NCBI GenBank assembly: GCA_973895155.1
Contig: OZ316897.1
Span: 16,057,375-16,121,374, forward strand
Source: Marsupella aquatica
Lineage: Eukaryota > Plantae > Marchantiophyta
Length of the DNA: 64,000 bases
Reading direction: 5' to 3'
Of the stretch, positions 38,829 to 49,685 are shown in pieces. Made by a program: the position numbers and the translations under genes. Every line of letters begins with the position of its first letter. The stretch's first letter is position 1. Under the pieces are notes generated by a model, which made no database searches, was not told where the DNA came from, and was given only the letters and a program-made list of their open reading frames with translations.

Positions 38829-38954
38829 TATAGTATCGTAGCCATAGTGTATCGAAAACATACAAGTCACCGGCAATGCATATGTGCAAGCTGCTAGCAA
38901 CCAACATGCATAGAAAAAGTCCAATCACATTCACAGGTGCCAAGAAAAAGCAAC

Positions 38955-39280
38955 TGAGGATGCGGTGCCCAAGGTATACTACTGATCTGACAACAAATTC
39001 ACACTTCTTGGGGTGTATCTTTAGGTTCACCTTCTTAAGCCTCATGAATAGCTCCTCAAGGTCAAGTAGATGCTGGTCAAATCCTTTGCTGTGGACCAAC
39101 ACATCATCAATGTAGCATTTCAGAAACTCAGCACCTTGAAGAACCTGGTCCATGACTCTTTGAAAGAATATAGGCGCATTCTTCAAGCCAAATGGCATCA
39201 CCAACCACTCCCATAGTTGGTTACTACCATGGAAAGCTGTTTTCTTGCGGTCTTTTGCAAGTAGCAAAATCTGGTTGAAT
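38955..39280 (-). pseudogene. Reverse transcriptase fragment from a second Gypsy-type element
   Basis: KTAF, VMPFGLKNAPIFFQRVMDQVL, CYIDDVLVHS, LKIHPKKCEF, YLGH; truncated at both ends. Confidence 0.9.
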
Positions 39281-41498
39281 AAACATACCACCTCTTTTAT
39301 AAAAGATGGAGTTCTTCTTGAATAAAAGGCGTGATAGAAACAAACGTACTGAAATCGAATCGAAAACCGGCGAGATGCCAAGATCGGCCGGGAGCATCTA
39401 ACGAATCACTGTGTGATTTCCGTGTACGGAACCGACGAGCAGCCTCTGAAAAACTCTGTCTCACAGCGATTCAAGAAGAACTGAAGAACGGCAAAGAAAA
39501 ACATGCCCTAAGTAGGACCGGGTCCAGGCGTCACACTAACAAACCTCTTTTGCTTCAAGAACAGCCCAGACTCGCTACAAGAACATGACACTAACTCAAG
39601 TAGTACACTAGCCCTAACCATACCTAGCGGGCATGCGAGGGACATGCCGATGTGCACAAGCGGCACTGTCCCTCGACATGATAGCCAAGCCGCGTTCAGC
39701 CTCCCAAGGGAGCTTGCGTTGGGGAGGCAAGGCCAAGTAGGTGTGGAGACTGAGTCCCAAGGGTGCTCGGTCCCTAGACCATCAGTGGGGCGAATTGGGA
39801 GCGATTGCTAGGGTCGGGGCCATTCTGGTCCCAACATGTTGGGACAAGCTTGGGACAAGCTTTAGGACAAGCTACGCTATTTGGGCCATGAGCATGTCCT
39901 GAGGTCAGGGCGGTCAGTTGGTGATGGATAGGTACGAGGGGGAACCCGGGCCGCACCCAAGGAAGGAGCTGTCCTGGACAGACAGTGGGCGTGGGTTCTG
40001 GTTCCGGCTTATGGCATCGGGAGGACCTATCGCTAACCTACTTACCAACGTCTGTTGAGCTTGAGTTAGGATGCTAGACTGGGCGAGTTCTAGATCCGGA
40101 GGGGTTACTTACCAAGGTGCTTGGTCGTTTGTGCAGACAGTGAGGACCGTTGAGTAGCGGTTGTGTAGGTGAGCAAGTGCGGCTTCGTATGAGAGTGGCC
40201 GCAGGTGGTGCTAGAGGCACGTGGAAGTATTCCGTGGAGGCGTTCGGGCACCAAGGGCAGTTAGGCGCAAGCGCTGGGATTGGTGAGGGCGCTGGGTGGC
40301 GAGGTTCACCACTATGTGTCATCATTGCTTTTGTGCTATCTTTTCAAAATTGTTGTGGCTATGGTCATGATCTTGAGCAAAAGTGTTGCAGAGCTCAACA
40401 GAGAGATGCAACCTTCTTAACTGCGTAATTATGTACATCGTGACGAAGTTTAAAAAGTGAGTCAATTTTTGCAAAATTTTATTATCTAGACGGTATATGC
40501 CATTCAAACCACTGCAAACTTGCCAGGCTTGCTGTGATGATAATTCATGTACTTTCACAAATCAATTGGTTATAGAGGAGGCGGAACAAATATGCTCCGC
40601 TTAATCTTGTAATTTCAACACTCAATTACTCACCAGTTCAATTTAACGGTCTCCAAATTGTCAAATGGACTAACAGGAAAGAAAACTGCAAGGAGTGACC
40701 ATCCTATGTACAAGAGCACCAACTGCGCCACACACGCATCTCTGGAATACAACTACTGCTCCAAATGTGAGCTCTCTACCAGGAAACAACTCAGGAGTTT
40801 GCTGTGAAACCCAATGCTTCGTATCCCGGGAGGATGGTGACCCTTTGGGTTCCATCTCGTGTTGGGCTCAGAGATGTCTACCGTCTCTCAATCCCTCGCA
40901 AAAGCATAAGTCAGATACCTGCTTTCAAGTGCTCATACTAAAGAAACGGATGTTCAAAGACACCAAGAAGACCCTCGGCTCCTCACCACCAATACCACCT
41001 ATTAACCTCCATATACCTTCCATTTTACATTTCCCGTGCACACCTGTCCTTGTGATCCAGCCAGTACTTTCGGTTGTGAAAGAAGTCCTTACGAAAAGAC
41101 GTGGAATTAAGGTAGGGTAAAGTACAGGGTTAGCTTTAGAGAACTTGTGCTGATTGATGCCTAATTAGCACATCCTTGAGAGCAAGCATTGCACTTGATG
41201 TAGTGGAGATATTTCACAACAAATGCATCCACAGTCAGACGTAAGAGTTGTAACATACACGACAAAAGGACCACAAACTTACACTTCAGCTTCGCCTTCC
41301 ACGATACTCAAAATATTTTTAGGCTTAAGCACACTTAGCGTCATTCCAGGTTGGCTTTTGGTAGGGAGGATCAATTCTTACTCTAATATCTCCACATTGA
41401 GCCACTCAACAACCTGAAACTACCGTCATACTTGTGCTGTCCCGAATCGGAGAGAACATGATATAGCTGACATAGCTTTCAATTTAGTCTTACTTCCA

Positions 41499-44362
41499 TT
41501 ACGACTTACTGTAGTCTATGGACAAAAACTTGGCGAAAGCTTGAAGCACTCCAGGGGGCCACTGAAGCTCTCTTTCCACCCAACTGTGACAAAGCAAACC
41601 ACAGAGACTTCATTAGTGTACAGCCAATCCTCTAACGACGAGTCTCTTCAAACCAACAGAAACAACTGACAACCCTCCTTCCATTCAATCAAAATCTAAA
41701 ATGCAAGGTTACATTGAAATCTACTCTACCTTGGAGTTGATTTATAACATAAGTGACTCTGAGGAGCTCGGAATTGTTTTTTTATTGAACTAGCAAGCTC
41801 TCCTGCAGGAAACAAAACATACTATCTGTGGCATGTCTTCTCCAAAATTAGACTTACAACGCCTACTGTCTGAAACTACCATCAGGACAATTGTTAGTCA
41901 AGTGTGGCCAGCTCCGGTTGCGGTACCTTATTTTGCTATACATGGGCTCACGATTTGTCGCTTCAGAGAACTGTTCTTCTGCATTACTCCGGTTTCCTTC
42001 ACTCCACAGAAGGGCTGCAAGAGCTGCATGTGCTTCTGTGTAATTTGGATACTTCCGAACCAGTCCTTGCATGAGTTTCTTAGCCTCTTCAGGCCTTCCA
42101 ACCTGGTAACAACTTCACGGTCAAGTACGATGGGCAGCTGCTATCTCAAAGAGTGACAAGGCGAGTATCCCCAACTTTGACATCATGCAAGTCACAGGTG
42201 GTCCAATCTTGGTTCAAAAAATGATGACGATTAAATCTGCGACCTCTTTGTCTTAATTTTCAAATTTAACCATTACCAAAACCTTTCATCTCATCTCCTA
42301 ATTCCTGTCTTAACTGCATTTACTAAGTTCACACGCAAATAAGTTCACAACGTGTTAAATAGATTCACCAGTGCAAGAAAGTCTATATCTTGAGGATATC
42401 AAACTTCCAGATTTGAATTGGACAACCTTTATTGCTCTTACACGGGCAGAAACTGGTTCCGTTCAGCATAAGGGAAGAGACTACACAACTTCCAAACGTT
42501 TGTACAAAAGTAAACGATCAATCACACAATTGCCAACGTAGTATGCAAATTATACATCTGGGTACACTCAGCAGACTCGTGAGAGAGTCAGTGCTGCTGG
42601 ATCGTTTCATTTGAAACCCCACACAGAATATACTCTTCTATTTCTTACCTGGAAGAGGACAAGAGCTTGCCTAAGGCGATAGCCAGCAATGCCAGGAGCC
42701 AGGATTGAGGCTCTTTGATAAGCAAGCAATGACGTATCATAGTCCTTCACACGTGCTTCAACATTGCCTAAGTTGTACCAAGCTGCAGGTTCCTATGCCA
42801 AGAACAAACAGGTAAGTGACCAGCGTCACATGACGACTTTGAGATTGATCTGTTCAAAGCTGGCAATTTGTGAGAGAAGATGCCACTTCTCTCAGAGTGA
42901 GACTTCTGCTATATTGTATTGGCTCTGACGCTTGGCAACTGCCATCTGAGAAATTGAGATTGGCCCATTGGTTGAATCTGAAGAGACAGTATAGACTTGT
43001 CGGGCAGAAAAATGGGTATGCACACCTCCGGGTCATTTTCAATAGCAGCTTTGCAGTCTGCAATTGCCTCCTCATAGCGCCCCACGGCCTGGCCAATAAA
43101 TAATAATATTGTTAGTAATTCTCGCTCCACTAAGAACATTTACAGTAAGAACCTCTCAAAAGTTTTGATTTTCAGCATGAATATCCTTAATTCTTAAGCA
43201 CCAGCATCAAGTTCAGTAGTTCGCAATCACATAATCTTTTAGTCTAAGAATCCGCCCACTTTTACCATGAACTTGCAGCTTCAACTCAGGACTAGTATCA
43301 GGTCCGAACCGTGCCAACACCATGTAGATGCATAGCTTAAACATATTTCAGCTCTTGCAATCTAGGCAGCCTGTTAGAAGGTTAATTTCACCGTCCCCTT
43401 TTTGACATTGTTTTCACTTGAACAGAGGGACCTGAAGATTCACTCCTCTCTGAAGTCCTCTCTGAAGGTCGTGAACATAAACGAATCAAGCATCCTTCGT
43501 AACCCAAGAAATACAAAGGGTAGCGGGGGAACGTTACTTCATAAGATATTGCACGATTTAAGTAGGGAACTGGGGCTTCTGGAGCTAGCTCGATTGCTTT
43601 GGTGAAGTCAGTTGAGGCCAGCTCATACTTTCCCAGAGAAATTCTCACACTTCCACGGTTGGACCACCCGCTGGCACTATTGGGCTCTTCCTTAATTATC
43701 TCCGTGAACAAAGTCTCAGCATTTTCCAAGTCCCCAACGACTGCTGCCCTGAGTGCATCCTGCAGCTTTTGGTTATCGACGTCCTTCAACTTCACTCGTT
43801 GGGATACAGAAGCTTCAGCAGTGTCCTCACTACCATTACCAAGGAAGTTTGCAACTGCAAGGGCTACTGCAAATGAAAATTTGGTCAAAATATCACGGCG
43901 GGTTTGTGTTCCACCTAATAAGGCATCCATAGGATTCCGACTATCAGCTTCTGAGTCATCACCAACCTTCGCATTTCTCCTGATTCTAAGCTCCCCATTT
44001 TGCAGTACGTCGGGAAGTTTCGTCAGCTCGATTCGTCTGTTCCGATGGTGGTACTGAGGTGAGATCCCACCCAATGAAGGACTACCCGAGTCCTTGTGTG
44101 AGGTACCACGCACTGGATTGAAATTCACAGAACCTGACTCTTTGTCAAAGACGTTTCTCGTTGGACTTTGTCGAGGATGGCAATTTCCAGCCAGGAATTC
44201 AACTGTGGACGACGAGGGCTTTGAAGAGTAGCCATTTAGTGAATACCCACTTGTTGTGCAAGAATTGAGGAAGCCGCACAACGAGCATGAGCTCAATCTG
44301 GTGGCCTCGTGAATCTGTAATGCAGGGCTGCAGCCCACACTAGAGTATGCAGAAGAAATCAT
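41499..44362 (-). CDS. Plastid, likely thylakoid-lumen, TPR protein, ~430 aa; exons 44362-43538, 43088-43026, 42792-42649, 42102-41927, 41583-41499
   Basis: Four GT-AG introns give an open 431-codon frame with TPRs (WSNRG, YLNRAISYE, AWYNLGNV, AHAALAALLW) and a C-terminal WVERELQWPP. Ser-rich transit peptide, then TRRD plus a hydrophobic stretch and AEA (Tat-type signal). Confidence 0.88.
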
Positions 44363-45135
44363 CAGTGCAAGCTTAGTAACAACCCTGTAGCTCGATATGC
44401 TCGTAAGGGGTCAGGCAACAGCTGAATGATAGCAAAGTCGACGTTGTCTCTCGCTCTGTTGCTTCTCTGATGTTGAAATCCACAATCCAATGCTCCGGAA
44501 TCTCACTGCACCTCTCTCTCGTGCAATGACCCCGACTGCCGAAGGAACTCTCGCCGGATGGCTATGGCCAACACTAACAGGAAAAGGAACGTCTTCAACT
44601 TCCCTCTGTAAAATTCAAAGCAGACTTCCTTTCCGATTTCTGAAAACTCTCTACCTCTATCGAGCCGGAAAACTACGGCATTACAAATGACGTCTCTCCT
44701 GAGATTCGACCCAGCTTCAATTCTCTCCAATACCGCTCAATGCTCTCTCCGTTGTAGCAACAGGGAGTTGGAGTTTGCGGAAATGGCTCTATCCTTCGTT
44801 TCTCGTTAGTCTGTGTTGTGCTCCGAATTTGCAGCACTCTCACATTAAACAACACTGGATAATGACTGAAGTCTTGGGGACAAGTCAGATTTTCCTCTGC
44901 ACTCCATCAAAGAATTATCCACAAGCTGGAGCACGCGGAGACGTGGAGTCATGAATCTACTACACAAGTGCAAGTTTCCTTTGGGGTGCTGGAAAGTGCA
45001 GCACTCCAGAGCGCCCATTCTGAGCCTCCACTGCCTGCTCTTGTGGGGTCAGCTTATCTGTTGTACAGTGTACTGTAGTGCATTGTAGTGTCCTGATTGT
45101 GCAAAAAATAAACTAAATTATTGTTCAAACTAGTT

Positions 45136-45238
45136 TGCTTTCCTCATGAACAGTGAGGAATAACATCTTAGAGCATCTCCTACTGTAGATTGCTTTCCTC
45201 ATGAACAGTGAGTAGTAACATCTTAGAGCATCTCCTAC
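45136..45238. repeat. Tandem duplication, 2 x ~55 bp
   Basis: TTGCTTTCCTCATGAACAGTGAG.A.TAACATCTTAGAGCATCTCCTAC x2. Confidence 0.85.
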
Positions 45239-45676
45239 GGTAAGGTTCAAAACATTAAATATCCTGTAATCTTACACTCTAACTTTAGTTAAATACCCAG
45301 TAGTCTCCCACCCAGTAGTGTGTCCTAGGGGGTGGGCAAGGAGGGGACAGACATATGGGGAAATTTTCAAGTTTAGTCTACCTTTTATTGAGATTTTACC
45401 ATTAATTAGTTTCCACTTTTGTTCAAATTGAGTTCATGATTAGTCATTAATTATTGAAATATGGTATGTTCAGTGATTCAATGAAGTAAAGTCTAGCACT
45501 CTCTGGTAGGAATTGCATAAAAGATGCATCTATGGGATGGACATTACATAAGGGGAAAGAACTGTCTAAAGTCTAGCACTATGTGTCATTTTTTAAAAGA
45601 GCATGAATTGCATTAAAAATACAAGGGGGAGACACCAGAAAATACAGAGAAGTGAATTCAGAAGACTGAACCATTA

Positions 45677-45931
45677 GGGCATCTCAAAGCATCAAAATTA
45701 TGGATGATGACATTAGGCTGTACGGGAATGGTAATTAAGAACTTTTTCACAAGGTTCTGGAAAAGTTTTTGGTTTTTTCTTTACAAGCCTCTACAATGAC
45801 TGACGGTAATGGCATAGGACCAATCACTATGGAAAAAGGTTAATATGGACTAGGAATTTCTTCATCCGTGACTTTTGCCTGTAACCTGTAACTAGGGGGC
45901 TAAGGTCCATACAATTGTCCTTGAGACACCT
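45677..45931. mobile_element. Tourist/Harbinger-like MITE, 255 bp
   Basis: TTA|GGGCATCTCAA ... TTGAGACACCT|TAA: inverted termini with TTA/TAA flanks. Confidence 0.6.
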
Positions 45932-46090
45932 TAATTAGTTAGATCTTCATGTGTTCACTTCTCTAAAAATGAACCACAGCTACAAAAGGTTTGGGCAGAA
46001 ACCAGTTTGTTGAGTGGTAATGGACAAGATTGTTTCACATTTGATGTAGAATTCACAAGATAACCATAACAGGATCCTTAGTACCCTTCC

Positions 46091-46615
46091 AGCAATTTCT
46101 TTTCCTTCTTTTCAAACATTAGCCAAGGTGGCTACTATTTTACCCTAGAAGCACAATTTCCTTTTCTTGTTTTCAAACATTAGCCAAGGTGGCTACTATT
46201 TTACCCTACAAGCACAGGTCTGGTTCAAGTGTAGTATTTTCTTTCAAGTACACACTCTTGTAGAGTATTTCCTGCCTCACACTCCCCATACTGCATTAGG
46301 TGGTGGGTAATGAAACATAATTTTTAAGGTTTCAGCCTGAATATTATTGGCTTGCCTGTTTTTTAGGTAAATGATTGCATTACGTGGTGGCTAATGAACA
46401 AATTTTTTAAATTTCGGCCTGAGATTGCATTAGGATTTGGCTAATGAAACATAATTTTTTAAATTTCAGCTTGAGTATTATTAGCCTGCCTGCTTTTTAG
46501 GTCAATGATTGCATTGGGTGATGGCTAATGAAACATAATTTTTAAAATTTCTGCCTGGTATCATTAGCCTAGCCTGACTCCCGAGTATCATTAGCCTGCC
46601 TGCCTGTTTTTTAGG
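46091..46615. repeat. Tandem repeats: 2 x ~61 bp, then ~4 degenerate GATTGCATTAGG..GGCTAATGAAACATAATTTTT units
   Basis: Directly visible. Confidence 0.8.
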
Positions 46616-46962
46616 TGAAGGAATGACTAGTCTTCGCCCACAAAAAAATGGCCTTTCACATGGGTACACTATTCTGGCCAATGCTTAGACAGCCTACCAA
46701 TTTGAGGTCAGAGCAGGAATCGAGCTTCCTGCTACTGATTTCTTCGTGTACGAGAAGCACAGGCGTTTGAATAGCTGCACAATGGATTTATAAGCACTGA
46801 CCATTGTAGAACGCACGAGCAATCTGGGACATTAGATCTCTGATGTCAGATTGAACAAACAATCCAGGAAGCGTCACTCGTAGAGCTGGGCAGTGCTTGT
46901 TACGCTTTGGAAGTTTGCAATCACGCTGGGTCGTCAATAAAACCTGTGCCGTCTTGGCTTGA

Positions 46963-47192
46963 CCTGAAATTATTTAAAACGCAGCTACGTACCTGTGAAA
47001 TGTGACGGTGTAAAGAGAGTGTTTCGTTGACTGGTATGCACTCGAAGATGTGAACAAATTTCGTCCAGATACGTTGGCCTGAAATTATTTAAAACGCAGC
47101 TACGTACCTGTGAAATGTCACGGTGTAAAGCGAGTGTTTCGTTGACTGGTATGCACTTGAAGATGTGAACAAATTTCGTCCAGATACGTTGG
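46963..47192. repeat. Tandem duplication, 2 x 115 bp, upstream of ECH copy 1
   Basis: CCTGAAATTATTTAAAACGCAGCTACGTACCTGTG at 46963 and 47078. Confidence 0.9.
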
Positions 47193-48195
47193 CCCAGACA
47201 ACAAGATGACACAACGGAATGCTTCTCACTTTTCATAATCTCCATCTCTGCTGTTGATTGCAACTCGATCGTGTTTTCTCGAAGACAAAACTTGGGTACC
47301 AGGGCAAGTTTCGGCCGAGGCGTCCTAACCTCACGTCAGCATGGCGGCCGACGCCGGGCTGACGCATGGAGCAACGTAGTTACTGAAGCAAGCTCGACAG
47401 GAACGAATGTGCGTGCCCTACACGAATACGGTGGTGGCACGATAACTGACATGAATTTGACATTCAAAAAGCCAATTCTTAGGGAGGGATTGTTGAATTT
47501 GTAGATGATTGGAATTTTCTGGAGAGCTACTTATAACGATCTCCCAGGGTCTTTCAATTTCACATTCGGTGGCAATAGAGGAACCTCTCTGTGCAGCATG
47601 TCAACTCGTCCTTAGTCCGATATGGGCCATGCACCAAACGGTTAGCCATTAACGGGATTTTTGCAAAGGAACAGCCCGAACTAGGTGTGCTTCAAACAGA
47701 GCTCCTCCATCAGGTGCGCCGATATATTCAGGTAAGGAATCGCAGTTTACATTCTGTTCCTGATGCTGGCAGAACTAAATGTGGAGCTACCACAGATCTA
47801 AAGAATAGGATGTAAATTGCAATTCCTTACCTGAATAGGATGTAAATACCTTGAGAGCAGGTTATCATCTACCGTGAACGAACGTGACAGTGGAATAGCA
47901 TTTTCTGATCATTTCTGATTTCCTTGATAACTGATTCCTGTTTAGGTTCCAGTTTAGGGAATGAAGCTGTCATGTGAGTTGGAATCACGTACGGAAACAG
48001 CATTTCATTGCTGTGCCGGGTGCTCATACCAAATAGAAGGCTTAGGAGAGCAATTGTCGACTGAGGACCTCACAGGCAGTTTCCGATTGATTCAAGAACT
48101 TTAGAACGAGCTCACACGCCGGTTCAATTTCACATCCAATTGCAACAGAGTCATTGAGCCGGAATTGCGCTGAAGTTGGAATTTGAACACTCAAA

Positions 48196-49134
48196 ATGGA
48201 CCACCATCACAATCCGCTCTGCTTTTATCTACTCCACCTCGCCTTTCTCGCCTTCCTTCTCCTCTCTCCGGCTTCCTCCACATCAACCCTCCCCACGAGG
48301 AGTCCCCACGGCACCCTCTCCATCAGCACATCCGGCAACATCACCACCGTGACCATCTCCAACCCTCCGATAAACCTCTACGACACGTCCCTCTCAGCGG
48401 ATCTTTTCGGCTTCCTCAGCTCCCTCGAACCCTCCAACCGCACCACACCACCGCCCAAGGTGGTGATCTTCCGCAGCGCCGACCCGGCATTCTTCATAGC
48501 GCACCTCGACCTCGGCTCGCTGCTGCTCCCCTCCACGCCCGAGAAGGCAGCGTTTGTGGGCCAGTACGCGGCAGTGACCCGTCTGCTCCAGAGCTTGACG
48601 ACGACCGTATTCATCGCAGAAGTCGATGGAGAAGCGTTCGGCGCCGGCAACGAGCTGCTCGTGCAGATGGACATGCGCTTCGCAGGCCCGAAAGCACGAG
48701 TGGGATCCCTGGAGACGTCGATCGGAGTGACCCACGGTGCGGGAGGGATGCAATTTCTCGGTCGGTTGATCAACAAGGGCCGAGCGCTGCAGTATCTGCT
48801 CTCGGGGGACAGCGCCGATTGCAAGATTGGGAAGGAGCTGGGCTGGTTCAATGACTGTTTCGCGAGCCGGAGGGAGATGGAGGAGAAGGTCGAAGCGCTG
48901 GCGGAGAGGATTGCGCTGCGGCCTGCAGGGGGGCTGAATGCAACGAAAGCCGGATTGCAGTCGATGAATCCGCCGCTGAGTGTGCTCGAGGCGGACATCG
49001 CGGCCTTTGCTCCCTTGTCTGTGACTCCAGAAGCGCAATTTCTTATCGAGAAATTTCTGCAGCTCGACAAGAACCAGACAAGGTCCTCGTTCGAGTTGGG
49101 CCTGGATGCTTCGCTTGCGGAATTGTTTCTGTAG
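48196..49134 (+). CDS. Enoyl-CoA hydratase/isomerase (crotonase-fold) protein with signal peptide, copy 1, 312 aa, intronless
   Basis: TVTISNPPINL, VVIFRSADPAFFIAHLD, IAEVDGEAFGAGNEL, DMRFA, LETSIG, GRALQYLLSG; hydrophobic N-terminal peptide. Confidence 0.9.
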   Translation: MDHHHNPLCFYLLHLAFLAFLLLSPASSTSTLPTRSPHGTLSISTSGNITTVTISNPPINLYDTSLSADLFGFLSSLEPSNRTTPPPKVVIFRSADPAFFIAHLDLGSLLLPSTPEKAAFVGQYAAVTRLLQSLTTTVFIAEVDGEAFGAGNELLVQMDMRFAGPKARVGSLETSIGVTHGAGGMQFLGRLINKGRALQYLLSGDSADCKIGKELGWFNDCFASRREMEEKVEALAERIALRPAGGLNATKAGLQSMNPPLSVLEADIAAFAPLSVTPEAQFLIEKFLQLDKNQTRSSFELGLDASLAELFL

Positions 49135-49361
49135 CTCGTCGATCAACGAAGAATGGTGGGGAGTGATGTATAGTAGATGCGGTACATTGATCTCCTAGGA
49201 GACTTATTAGCAACCCCGCACTGACAGAGCTGATTAGATTCAACTGGCTTGAATGGTCGAGCTTTGGCAGTAAATAGGTGGTGGTGAATAACATCTCCAG
49301 TTCATCCCTTCTGCAATTATTTATGGAGGTCCTTATTATTTACAAACCACCATGGGAATTT

Positions 49362-49685
49362 ACTTCCTGGATGAAAGCCATATCAACATGATTTATCGGA
49401 ATTTACTTCCTGGATGAAAGCCATATCAACATGATTTTATCACAAACTTAACATGATTTATCACAAACAGGAACCCTTATAAATGGAGCCATATCAACAT
49501 GATTTATCACAAAAAAACCATTATGATATCACAAACTTAACATGATTTATCACAAAAAAAACCATTATGAATGGTTGAAGGTGGAGCCATATCAACATGA
49601 TTTTATCACGACCAAGAACCATTATGAATGGATGAACGTGGAGCCATATCAACATGAGCCATGTCAACATGATTTGTCACAAACA
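49362..49685. repeat. Degenerate minisatellite of GCCATATCAACATGATTTATCACAAA
   Basis: The AACATGATTT core recurs about 7 times. Confidence 0.85.

Noticed and set aside
27045-40321. One large element with a target-site duplication
   Set aside because: The 5-bp flanks at candidate ends do not match.
48183-49146. Long alternative and antisense ORFs (223-250 aa) over ECH copy 1, and similar ones over copy 2
   Set aside because: Shadow frames expected from GC-rich codon usage; no recognisable motifs.
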